NCBI GenBank assembly: GCA_963706025.1 | Contig: CAVPLM010000014.1 | Coordinates: 1-64,000 of the forward strand | Length of the DNA: 64,000 bases | DNA from: an uncultured Actinomycetes bacterium | GTDB lineage: Bacteria > Actinomycetota > Thermoleophilia > RBG-16-64-13 | Reading direction: 5' to 3' | Part shown: piece after piece, positions 9,760-19,081 of the stretch | Numbering within the stretch: the first letter of the stretch is position 1 | How the letters are laid out: every line of letters begins with the position of its first letter | Notes under the pieces: model-generated | Seen by the model: the letters and a program-made list of their open reading frames with translations, nothing else | Databases searched by the model: none | Told to the model about the DNA's origin: nothing | Made by a program: the position numbers and the translations under genes

Positions 9760-10951
9760 ATGAATGGAAGACCAGACACGCGGAAGCCCGTATGTGCAGT
9801 CGCAAAGCATAAGAACGCAAAGAAAGCTGTTTGGGATGCTCTGAGTCGGATCGAGATACCTGATCTGACCGGCATGCGGGTTCTTCTAAAGCCAAACATC
9901 GGCCGCAAGGTGCACAAGCACACGGGGATCAATACAAACCCGGAAGTCACCGAGGCGGTCTTCGAGTTTCTCAGCGCCCGCTTCGATGCCGGCTACTACA
10001 TCGGCGATTCACCCGTCACGGGTGTCAAGAGCAAGGAGGCCTTCGCGGCCAGCGGGCACGGTGGCTTCTTAGAGCGACAGGATATCGAGTACCTCGATCT
10101 GGATAGCCGGAGGCCTACGAGAGTGCCCATAGCGGATGGGCGCATCCTTGAGGAGATCAAAGTCACCGGGTTCATTCATGACTTCGACTACGTCATTTCC
10201 ATACCCGTTCTCAAGATGCATATGCATACCGGTGCCTCTCTCGGATACAAGAACATGAAGGGGCTTCTCTACAGGCGGGAGAAGATCAGGTTTCACCAGC
10301 TCCACGCGCCCGAAGCGAAGCAGACGTACGGATGCAGGGAGCTGGACCTGGCGATAGCAGACATGGCCAGGGTCTTGGAGCCTGATCTGGTGGTTTGCGA
10401 CGCAACCTATGCAATGGAAGGTATGGGACCGTCGGCAGGGGATCGAAGACAACTCGATACCGTTATTGCCTCAACCGACTGTCTGGCGGCGGATATCGTA
10501 GCCTTGGCCGTCGTGAAACTGGATATCGATCACGTGCCCCATCTGCGTTTGATCGCCGAGCAAACCGAGGGAGTGACATCGGTTGAGGATATACGCACCA
10601 TTCCCGACGATATTGAACCGTTCAAGACCGATTTCGCGGTGCCGCCCACGGAGATAGTCATACAGAATCTGATGGTGAATCTGCTCGATGAGGGATCATG
10701 CTCAGCCTGCCAGTCTTCGGTGTACCTGTTCCTCAAGAACAATGAGGGCTTTGATAAGCGAGTATCAGGGAGAACATGGCCACTTCAATATCGCCATCGG
10801 TAGCGACATAGAAGAAGTGCCGGTGGATACATTCGTGATCGGCAACTGTGCCGCCTGCCACAAGGAAAGGGGGACGTTCCTGATGGGATGCCCACCCGAC
10901 CAGACGAGCATCATGGAAATGGTTAGGAAGAAGCTGTCGGACAAGGCATAG
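9760..10951 (+). CDS. DUF362 domain iron-sulfur protein; frameshift near 10750 in this assembly
   Basis: VLLKPN, T.PEV, IS.PVLK.H, KNMKG, EGMGP, CSAC. The Cys-rich C-terminus (IGNC...GCPP) continues in the shifted frame to the stop at 10951. Confidence 0.8.
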
Positions 10952-10968
10952 GGTTCACCGCAGACCGT

Positions 10969-13674
10969 TCACACGTAGTTGAGTTCTCTGGCTCTCAGAA
11001 TGGCCTGCTCCCGGGTGGTGACTCCGAGCTTGGTGTAGATGTTCTTGATGTGCGTCTTGACTGTATTCAGGGATATGAACGAGTGCCCGGCTATCTCCTT
11101 GTTGGTAAGTCCGATGAAGATCAGCCTGAGTATCTCGATCTCCCGCTGTGACAAGGCTTCCGAATCGCCGACAATCACGGGCCGGCCGCCGGACTCGGCA
11201 TTCAGCTTCAGTCGGCACGCTTTGAGCAGCTCCGACGCATGTATTCTGACGACACCCTTGGGGCTTTTGCAGAGGGAGACAAGCAGATCAACAAGATACT
11301 CGGCGTTCTCTACGAAGGGACGGACGTAGCCTTCAGGGCCGGCGAACTCGATGCACGACGCCAGTACGTCCAATGCTTCCTCTTCGCGGCCGAGGGCGTA
11401 TAGGCACGCTGCGGTAAGAACATCGACGGTGACCAGCGAAGTCTGCCGGTGCCTGCTCGAGACTCGGGGGCGGAGGGCGAATAGGAGATCCGCAGCCTCC
11501 TGATACCGGCCCGATGCCATTTCGAACTGAGCCATCAGCAGGCATTCTTTCTCGAAGTTTCGAGAAAAGGGCTCTGTGACGCGCAGCCTGCGCTGTGCCG
11601 CCCACCTGGCAACCGTGTCAAGCTCAGACTGCACGACGGCCAACTGGACCGCTGCCAGCTCGGTGGAAGCGATACGGACCGAGGATCTGGTCTGTCTCGC
11701 GATCTGAAGGGCCTCGGTCATTATTCCCTTGGCAAGGTCGTGATGCCCAAAACTCTCGTTGATGAAAGCCTGCAGCTTGAGACCCAAGAGCAGGTAGCCG
11801 ATATCGGACACGGGTCTGGCATATTCAGTGCAACGTGAGGCATGTTCCAGAGCCCTGTCCAACTGGTTCTTGCCGTAGTAGACCTGGGCAAAGGTGATAT
11901 TGAACATAGCCATGGCGGACCTCAGGGGCGGGTCTTCTCTCCGGGCATATTCCAGGGCATCCGTCAGCAGTTCTTCGGCAGCTCTCAGGTGACCGAACAG
12001 CAGCTCGAGGCGGGCCTGCCTGTTCAACAAATGAACCTTCACGTAGTTGCCTCTGCCGGGGTCCAGGCGGCCGACTACATCCAGCCCGGATTGCACCACA
12101 TCCATCGCCGGCTGAAGGTCCCCCTGTTCGATGTGTGCCGTAGACAGGACTGATTGCACAAGCCAACGGGCCATCACATTCCGAGTGGAGATCGTCCGCA
12201 GCGCCCGCTCAGCTGCTGCGATCACCTCGGCGGGCTCCCTGTAGTAGATGCAGTTGAGCTTCAGCGCCAGAAGCAGGTCCTCAGCATGCTTCCGCTTCTC
12301 GCTCGAGTACGAATCCGTCATGGCGTCAAAGGAGTCTTCCAGTTCCGCGATCGTAGCAGTTATGTCGCTGAGCTCCTCCTGGAGGAACACCACCAGGGCA
12401 TGGTAGAGGAGCAGGAGGAAGCGCCGCTCCAGAGTCTCTTCCGGGAGACTCTCCAGCCATCTACGGGCGATCGTCCACTCATAGCTGTAGATCAGCGTCA
12501 TGAACTTGCTCTCCACCAACCCGGCTGCGAACTCGAGGTCGTTGGAGCTGAAGGCGTGGTGGAAGGCTTCCTCCAGGTATCCGTGGTCGGCATACCAGGC
12601 ACTGGCCCTCTTGTGGAGGTCAGGAATGGACGGGGACCCGGTGCTCTGCAGTCGGCGTTGGAGCATCTGGGCAAACAGCGGATGGTATCGATACCACTGC
12701 GACTTGCTATCCAGTGGAATGACGAAGAGGTTCTTGCGCTCCAGCTCGTCGAGCATATCGCGGGTGTAGTCACCTTCGGTCATGTGAAGACAGAGATCTG
12801 CGCTTAGCTGTCTCAAAACGGCCGTCTTCAGAAGGAAATCCTGAACCTGGCGGGACTGGTTGGTGAATACTTCCTCAAACAAATAGTCGAGCATGTACTT
12901 GTTCTGGAAGACGTCGTTGGCCGTCAGTCCTTTGGGAATGTTGCCCTTCAGCAAGGACAGACCGACGACTTGGAGCCCTACGGGCCATCCTTCGGTCAAC
13001 GAGTGTAGCTCCTGTATTTCTGCCAGTGGCAGGTCTAATTGCATCGTATTGTGAAAGAAGTATGCGGAGTCATCCAAACTGAATTGTAGATCCGGCATCT
13101 TGAGTTCCGTTACTCCCTGTCCCGCTCGGAGGCGCGACAGTTGGAACGGTGGATCCTGCCGAGTGATGATAGTCAGGTGAAGTTGAGGTGGACAGCGGCG
13201 CAGCAAACTTTGTATGTCGTGATGAATCGAGGAAGACTCTATAGCATGGAAATCGTCAAGAACTAAATAGAAACGTTCATTGAGGTAAGAGAAGCGGTTT
13301 ATGATGTTGGCGATAATTGTCTGCCCGACCACAGTGTGTCCCTGAAGGAGGGGGTCGAATGCTGCTTTCAGGGAGCGGTGCAGGTCCTGCAGTGCAGTAA
13401 GAAGGTAGCGGTAGAAGACGCTGGGCTCGCTGTCGCTCTCATCGAGGGAGTACCAGGCTACGGGCATCTCTTGCTGAGCGATCCACTGGCAGACAAGGGT
13501 CGTTTTGCCGAAACCTGCCGGCGCGGAAACAAGCGTCAGCTTGCCGAGCGCTCCTTGGTTGAGCCTCTCGATGAGGTGAGAGCTCGGTACGAGTCGCGGT
13601 TGGAGCGGGGGGACCGAGAGTTTTGTTCTCAGCAGAACGATATTGGCCTGCTCAGCGACAGATATGGAGGCCAT
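10969..13674 (-). CDS. MalT-like (LAL) ATP-dependent transcriptional regulator with C-terminal LuxR HTH
   Basis: TKL.VPP, Walker A APAGFGKTT, LVLDDFH, TEGWP, WYRYHPLF, LSQREIEIL...LTNKEIA...ISLNTVKTH. Start chosen at the ATG after a GGAGGGAG SD. Confidence 0.92.
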   Translation of the reverse strand: MASISVAEQANIVLLRTKLSVPPLQPRLVPSSHLIERLNQGALGKLTLVSAPAGFGKTTLVCQWIAQQEMPVAWYSLDESDSEPSVFYRYLLTALQDLHRSLKAAFDPLLQGHTVVGQTIIANIINRFSYLNERFYLVLDDFHAIESSSIHHDIQSLLRRCPPQLHLTIITRQDPPFQLSRLRAGQGVTELKMPDLQFSLDDSAYFFHNTMQLDLPLAEIQELHSLTEGWPVGLQVVGLSLLKGNIPKGLTANDVFQNKYMLDYLFEEVFTNQSRQVQDFLLKTAVLRQLSADLCLHMTEGDYTRDMLDELERKNLFVIPLDSKSQWYRYHPLFAQMLQRRLQSTGSPSIPDLHKRASAWYADHGYLEEAFHHAFSSNDLEFAAGLVESKFMTLIYSYEWTIARRWLESLPEETLERRFLLLLYHALVVFLQEELSDITATIAELEDSFDAMTDSYSSEKRKHAEDLLLALKLNCIYYREPAEVIAAAERALRTISTRNVMARWLVQSVLSTAHIEQGDLQPAMDVVQSGLDVVGRLDPGRGNYVKVHLLNRQARLELLFGHLRAAEELLTDALEYARREDPPLRSAMAMFNITFAQVYYGKNQLDRALEHASRCTEYARPVSDIGYLLLGLKLQAFINESFGHHDLAKGIMTEALQIARQTRSSVRIASTELAAVQLAVVQSELDTVARWAAQRRLRVTEPFSRNFEKECLLMAQFEMASGRYQEAADLLFALRPRVSSRHRQTSLVTVDVLTAACLYALGREEEALDVLASCIEFAGPEGYVRPFVENAEYLVDLLVSLCKSPKGVVRIHASELLKACRLKLNAESGGRPVIVGDSEALSQREIEILRLIFIGLTNKEIAGHSFISLNTVKTHIKNIYTKLGVTTREQAILRARELNYV

Positions 13675-13815
13675 TGGACCCGCACTCCCTCCGTTCTCGC
13701 ATGCACGTCTGCCACTAGTCAGCAGGCGAACGCCAAAGGCGGCCATGCTCGAGCAGCCTCGGCCCGCCCGCGTAATGATGCGCCCGGCCGCCGCTTGGGG
13801 TCAAGAGGCTAGGCC

Positions 13816-14973
13816 TCAGCGCGGTATCACGCGGCCGTCGACCTCCTCCATGTCGAACCACCACTTGCGGCTGGGGTCCTCCTTGCCGTAGCCGAGCACG
13901 TCGTCGAGCCAGATGAGGCCGCGGCGGGCGAGCTGCGACCGGGCGGCGAGCGTGGTGGCCACCGCGTGGTACCAGGTGTCGGCCTTGTTCCAGGGACATA
14001 CCTTTATGCATCGCCCGCAGCTCGAGCCGTGTGCGTTGGTGACCCGGAAGCGCGTGCACGACTCTATGTCGTTCCTCCAGATCTGGTAGCCGTTGTACAT
14101 GGTCTGCGGTCCCTCGGGGATAGAGCCCGACGGGCACTCCCGGGCACACTTCTTGCAGGCGGCGCAGAACTGCTGCAGGCCGAAATCGATGGGTCTGTCG
14201 GGTGCGAGCGGCAGGTCGGTCGTCACCACTGCTGCCTTGAACCGGGGGCCCATGAAGGGGTGCAGTACGATCCCGCCAATGCGGCAGATCTCGCCCAGGC
14301 CTGCCAGGAGGAGGATCGGGGGGACGACCACCTTGTAGTCCGAGGCGTGATGGGCCCGCGCGGAATAGCCGAGGCGGCGGATGTAGTCGGCCAACATGCA
14401 GGCGGTGAATGCCGAGCCTGTATAGGCCCGGAAGCTCTGAGAGTTGCTGACCCAGTCCCGTCCACTCCCGGCCGCGAAGGACGGGTAGTTCTGGTCGATC
14501 AGGATGGCTATAGCATGGGTGTGTCCCAGGTCGACGGCCTTGCCGTTCTTGTCGAAGGAGTAGACGGCGTAGGGCGGCAGCTCGCAGATGCCCACGTCAT
14601 CGGCGCGCATGAAGAGCGCCGTCTGCTTGACGTGCCTGGAGAGGACGAGCGGGTCGTCGGGCAGCGGCGCTCGCGGCGCAGCGACCGGACCATCCACCAC
14701 CTCGGCCAGATGCAGCTGCATGGCGAGCATCGCCCCCGACAGCGGGTATTTCTCCACAAAACGCTGTCGCTCGCGTTGGGCCACTGGACCGTAGTCCCCG
14801 CGCAACGCCCGGTTGAAGCCATGCTCCCGCTCGTCGAAGCAGGCGACTTCGTGGGTAATCTTTGTGGTGGGGCGGCTCACCCGGCGAAGCCGGTGCGCGG
14901 CGTAGCGCTGGTTGAGGCGGTCGCGACGGAGCCCGCCCGGCACGGCGATGCTCGCGGGGTCGGTGGTCATCAC
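13816..14973 (-). CDS. rdhA: Cobalamin/2x[4Fe-4S] reductive dehalogenase, cytoplasmic catabolic (NpRdhA-like) type
   Basis: ADDVGIC, IRRLGYSARAH, AGLGEICRIG, HPFMGPRFK...TTDLPL, CX2CX2CX3CP and CX12CX2CX3CP, C-terminal KWWFDME. No Tat signal and no adjacent rdhB. AGGAGG SD. Confidence 0.82.
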   Translation of the reverse strand: MMTTDPASIAVPGGLRRDRLNQRYAAHRLRRVSRPTTKITHEVACFDEREHGFNRALRGDYGPVAQRERQRFVEKYPLSGAMLAMQLHLAEVVDGPVAAPRAPLPDDPLVLSRHVKQTALFMRADDVGICELPPYAVYSFDKNGKAVDLGHTHAIAILIDQNYPSFAAGSGRDWVSNSQSFRAYTGSAFTACMLADYIRRLGYSARAHHASDYKVVVPPILLLAGLGEICRIGGIVLHPFMGPRFKAAVVTTDLPLAPDRPIDFGLQQFCAACKKCARECPSGSIPEGPQTMYNGYQIWRNDIESCTRFRVTNAHGSSCGRCIKVCPWNKADTWYHAVATTLAARSQLARRGLIWLDDVLGYGKEDPSRKWWFDMEEVDGRVIPR

Positions 14974-15204
14974 GTGGGGGATCCTCCTGACCTGCGTTCA
15001 AACGCGGAGAGGTGGTTTGACAGACCCAGTCTATCCACTCTGGAGGTGCCCCCGCAAGACGACCAAGAGGGGGTTCCGAAAGAACCTGCCGCACTCACTT
15101 GACCGCATGGAGGCTCTGGGACGAGAATGACGGGACACGAGCGCAACTGTGACGCGAGGCCAGCTGGGTGGAAGCCGGCCCCGCAGTTTCGTGCAAGGAG
15201 CGGC

Positions 15205-15612
15205 ATGCGCCAGCCGTATCTGGAAGTGCATAGGGTCATCGAGGCTCCGGCCGGCGTGGTCTGGGACCTGCTGACCGACACCTCCCGCTGGGCGGAGTGG
15301 GGTCCTTCCATCCGGGCGGTCGACTGTCCCGACCGGTTCATCCGCAAGGGTACCCGCGGTCGCGTGGAGACTTTGCCCGGAGCGTGGGTCCCCTTTGTGA
15401 TCACGGAGTTTCGACCCGGGTACTTCTGGTCCTGGAAGGTCTTCGGCCTTTCGGCCACAGGGCATCGGGTCGACCCTCTACCGCCCGGTCGGTGCTCTCT
15501 CGTGTTTGCCGTCCCTCCAGTGGCGGCCCCCTATCTCACCGTGTGCCGGATCGCTATGGTCCGCATCGAGCGCCTGGCTCTCGGGGAACGATCTGCGGCT
15601 CGCGCTGAATAG
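15205..15612 (+). CDS. SRPBCC (START-like) family protein
   Basis: IEAPAGVVWDLLTDTSRWAEWGPSI signature; AAGGAG SD before ATG 15205. Confidence 0.8.
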   Translation: MRQPYLEVHRVIEAPAGVVWDLLTDTSRWAEWGPSIRAVDCPDRFIRKGTRGRVETLPGAWVPFVITEFRPGYFWSWKVFGLSATGHRVDPLPPGRCSLVFAVPPVAAPYLTVCRIAMVRIERLALGERSAARAE

Positions 15613-15630
15613 CAGGCGACGCTTGCGATC

Positions 15631-17007
15631 ATGACCGACTATCGCAGCCTCAGCATGTGGCACGACACGGCCGGCGAGGCCTTCACCCCTCGGCCCGGCC
15701 TGCCCGGGTCCACGGCCGTGGACGTCGCCATCGTAGGCGCGGGCTACACAGGGCTCTGGACCGCCTACTACCTGAAGCGCCTCGACCCCACGTTACGGGT
15801 GGTGGTGCTGGAGAAAGAGGTGGCCGGTTTCGGCGCCTCCGGCCGCAACGGCGGCTGGTGCTCGCAGTACTTCGCCTCCCCTCGCGAGCGCCTGGCCCAG
15901 AAGGCCGGCCGGGAGCCGGTGGTGGCCCTGCTGCGCGCCATGTGCGAGACGGTCGCAGAAGTGGGGCGGGTGGTCGCCGCGGAGGGCATCGCCTGCGACT
16001 TTCATCAGGGCGGAAACCTCGTCTTCGCCACCAACCAGGCGCAACTCAGGTCCCTGCGCGAGGAGTTGGTCTACGAAGACTCCTGGGGTTTCGGCAGGCC
16101 CGACTACCGCTGGCTCTCCGCCAAAGAGGCACGGGCGCGGATCGCCGTGGAGGGGGCCCTGGGAGCGCTCCACAGCCCCCATTGCGCTCGGGTGCATCCG
16201 GCCAAACTGGTGCGGGGCCTTGCCCGGGTGGTGGAGAGCCTGGGCGTTCCCATCTACGAGAGGACCCCGGTGCTGGAGTTGGCGCCACGGGCGGCGCGCA
16301 CGGCGAGCGGAGAGGTCAGAGCCGAGGTACTGGTCGGGGCCACCGAGAGCTACACGGTCGCCTTCCCTGGAGCCGAGCGTGATCTCGTGCCGGTCTACTC
16401 GCTCATGATCGCCACCGAGCCGCTGCCCGACGCGGTCTGGGAGGAGATCGGTTGGAGCGGCGAGGAATGCTGGATGGACGGGCGCCACCTCATCATCTAC
16501 GTGTGCCGCACCGCCGATGGGCGCATCGCCATCGGGGGCCGGGGGGCGCCCTACCATCTCGGCTCCCGTATCGACCCCGCCTTCGAGCGGGATCCCGCGG
16601 TCTTCGAGCATCTGAAGAGGACGCTCGCGGCGCTTCTGCCCGCCACGGCACCCGCTGCCGTCACCCATCGCTGGGGTGGGCCGCTCGCCCTGCCCCGCGA
16701 CTGGCACTCCTCGGTGGGGTACGATCGCGCCCGCGGCTGGGCCTGGGCGGGCGGCTACGTGGGCGACGGCGTCTCGACGGCCAATCTGGCCGGGCGCACG
16801 CTGGCCGACCTCATCCTGGGGAGGGACACGGAGCTCACGCGCCTGCCCTGGGTCGACCATCGCTCCCCCAAGTGGGAGGTCGAGCCTCTGCGGTGGCTGG
16901 GGGTCAACCTGGCGACGAAGGCCATGGCCAGCGCCGACCGGGTCGAGGAGCGGAGCGGCCGGTCCTCCAGACGAGCGGCCATGGTCCAGCGGCTCATCGG
17001 TCGGTAG
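15631..17007 (+). CDS. FAD-dependent oxidoreductase (DAO/PuuB-like amine oxidase)
   Basis: DVAIVGAGYTGLWTAY, GASGRNGG, MIATEPL, GYVGDGV, WEVEPLRW. Confidence 0.88.
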   Translation: MTDYRSLSMWHDTAGEAFTPRPGLPGSTAVDVAIVGAGYTGLWTAYYLKRLDPTLRVVVLEKEVAGFGASGRNGGWCSQYFASPRERLAQKAGREPVVALLRAMCETVAEVGRVVAAEGIACDFHQGGNLVFATNQAQLRSLREELVYEDSWGFGRPDYRWLSAKEARARIAVEGALGALHSPHCARVHPAKLVRGLARVVESLGVPIYERTPVLELAPRAARTASGEVRAEVLVGATESYTVAFPGAERDLVPVYSLMIATEPLPDAVWEEIGWSGEECWMDGRHLIIYVCRTADGRIAIGGRGAPYHLGSRIDPAFERDPAVFEHLKRTLAALLPATAPAAVTHRWGGPLALPRDWHSSVGYDRARGWAWAGGYVGDGVSTANLAGRTLADLILGRDTELTRLPWVDHRSPKWEVEPLRWLGVNLATKAMASADRVEERSGRSSRRAAMVQRLIGR

Positions 17008-17047
17008 GAGTCGGGCCATGGCTGGCGCCGGCGCCGGGAGCGGAAGC

Positions 17048-17110
17048 CCCGCCTACTGCCGCACCGGCCCCGGCTACCGCCGCATCGGCCGCGGCTACCG
17101 CCGCGGAGCC
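17048..17110. repeat. Three degenerate 21-bp tandem copies of the E1-beta 3' end
   Basis: cccgcctactgccgcaccggc / cccggctaccgccgcatcggc / cgcggctaccgccgcggagcc. The minus-strand TAG recurs at 17053, 17074 and 17095. Confidence 0.6.
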
Positions 17111-18063
17111 GACCCCATCACACCCCTGACGGCCTCCACGATGTCGGCTTTGTCGGGTACGGCGAATCGCTCCATCGGCGGACTGAAGGGGATGGGTATG
17201 TCCAGCCCGCAGACCCTGGCCGGGGCGGCTTTCAGCCTGCTGAAAGCCGCCCCGTCGGCGGTCACTCGCGCCAGGATCTCGGCGGCCGCGCCGCAGGTCT
17301 GACAGGCTTCGTCCACCACGACCAGCCGGCCGGTCTTCTTCACCGATTCGAGTATGGTCTCCGTGTCCATGGGCACGAGCGTCCTGGGATCGATCACCTC
17401 CAGGGATATGCCCTCGGCGGCCATTTCTTCAGCGGCCTCCAGGGCCTCGTGGACCATCTTCGACAGCGCGACCACGGTGACGTCCGTCCCGTGCCGCTTG
17501 ATGCTGGCCTGGCCGAAAGGTATGAAGTACTCGTGCTCCGGCACCTCGCCCTTCACCCCGCCCAGCAGAATATGCTCGAAAGAGACCACCGGGTTGTTGT
17601 CCCGGAGCGCGGTCTTGAAGAGACCTTTCGCGTCGTACGGTGTTGCCGGCAGGATGATCTTGAGTCCCGGCGAGTTCATATACATGGGGTAGGGGGTGAC
17701 GGAGTGCTCCGCGGCTGCGGAGATCCCGGCGCCCACCGTCATGCGGTACAGAATCGGGAACTTGGCCTGGCCGCCGAACATATACGTGATCTTGGCCGCA
17801 TGGTTCATCATCTGGTCCATGGCCACGAAGCCGAACGTCGCCATACGGATGTTGGTCACGGTCCTGAATCCCGATCCGGCCAGACCTATGGATGCCCCCA
17901 CGAAGCTGTTCTCCGCGATCGGAGTGACCCGTATCCTGTCCGCACCGAACTCCTGCTGTAGCTCAGCCTCCAGATCGGTCGACAGGTGGACCGTCCGAGG
18001 ATCCCTACGGAATTCCTCCTGAATGGCCTCTGTAGCGGCCTGCTCGAAGGTGATCTCTCTCAT
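17095..18063 (-). CDS. 2-oxoacid/acetoin dehydrogenase E1 beta subunit
   Basis: MREIT, TPIAENSFVG, P.TPYDAKGL, EVIDPRTLVP, SVKKTGRLVVVDEA. Confidence 0.9.
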   Translation of the reverse strand: MREITFEQAATEAIQEEFRRDPRTVHLSTDLEAELQQEFGADRIRVTPIAENSFVGASIGLAGSGFRTVTNIRMATFGFVAMDQMMNHAAKITYMFGGQAKFPILYRMTVGAGISAAAEHSVTPYPMYMNSPGLKIILPATPYDAKGLFKTALRDNNPVVSFEHILLGGVKGEVPEHEYFIPFGQASIKRHGTDVTVVALSKMVHEALEAAEEMAAEGISLEVIDPRTLVPMDTETILESVKKTGRLVVVDEACQTCGAAAEILARVTADGAAFSRLKAAPARVCGLDIPIPFSPPMERFAVPDKADIVEAVRGVMGSAPRR

Positions 18064-19025
18064 GTCGAGTACACGTCCTCCAGAGCGTCCTGCGGTTCCG
18101 GGAAGGGACTCTCGATCGCATACTCGTAGGCTTCTTCGACCCGGCTCAGTATCTGCTCGTTGATGCGTTCGATGTCCGAGCGGGTCAACACGCCCTCCCC
18201 CCGCAATCTGGCTTCAAACCTCGCTATCGGGCACTTTTCCGCCCAGGCCTCGATCTCCTCCCTGGGCCGCAGATCCTCAAGGTCGTCAGAAAGGAAGTGC
18301 TTATGCCAGCGATATGTCTCGCATTCCAGGAAGTAGGGACCCTCTCCTCTCCTGAGCATGCCCACGGCTTCTTCGGCCGCCCGATAGACGGCTTCGACAT
18401 CGTTGCCGTGTATCGCCCGGCTTGGGATGTGATAGGCCTCCGGCATCCGGATGATCTCCCGTGCCGCCAGAGAATAGGCGCTCGGAGTATTCACGCCGTA
18501 GTGGTTGTTCTCGCAGACGAAGAGCAGAGGAAGTTTCCATACGGCCGCCAGGTTGAGCGCTTCATGGAATTCACCTTCCTGACAGGCGCCATCGCCGAAG
18601 AACACGGCGGCTATGTTGCCTTCCCCTTCGAGCTGCGCGGCCGTGGCTGCTCCGCTGGCGATCGGCAGCCCGGCTCCGACGATCCCATCCGCGCCCAGCA
18701 TGCCGATACTGAAATCGGCGATGTGCATGGAACCGCCCTTGCCCTTGCAGTAACCGGTCTTCCTGCCGTAGATCTCGGCCATCATCCTCTTCATGTCCGC
18801 GCCTTTGGCGATGCAGTGACCATGTCCGCGGTGATGGCTGACGATGCGGTCTTTCTTGCTCAGGTGGGCGCAGACCCCGGTGGCGATGGCCTCCTGGCCG
18901 ATGTAGGAGTGGACGAAGCCGAACAGTCTTCCGCCATAGAACTCCGCCGCCACCCGCTCCTCGAAGCGCCGGATGGTGAGCATCGTGGTGTAGAGATCGA
19001 TCAGCGTCTGCCTATCCAGGGCCAC
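18060..19025 (-). CDS. TPP-dependent 2-oxoacid/acetoin dehydrogenase E1 alpha subunit
   Basis: IRRFEE, H.YIGQEA, HRGHGH, GKGGSMH, TPP motif GDGA...ENN. GTG start after GGAGG. Confidence 0.9.
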   Translation of the reverse strand: MALDRQTLIDLYTTMLTIRRFEERVAAEFYGGRLFGFVHSYIGQEAIATGVCAHLSKKDRIVSHHRGHGHCIAKGADMKRMMAEIYGRKTGYCKGKGGSMHIADFSIGMLGADGIVGAGLPIASGAATAAQLEGEGNIAAVFFGDGACQEGEFHEALNLAAVWKLPLLFVCENNHYGVNTPSAYSLAAREIIRMPEAYHIPSRAIHGNDVEAVYRAAEEAVGMLRRGEGPYFLECETYRWHKHFLSDDLEDLRPREEIEAWAEKCPIARFEARLRGEGVLTRSDIERINEQILSRVEEAYEYAIESPFPEPQDALEDVYST

Positions 19026-19081
19026 GGGGACCTCCCGGCTCTTTCGCCAGTGCGTTGCACCGGCAACAGTACACCATGGGG

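Noticed and set aside
14975-15200. Cobalamin riboswitch upstream of rdhA
   Set aside because: No GGGAA...GGTG...TCC core or B12-box recognisable on the minus strand.
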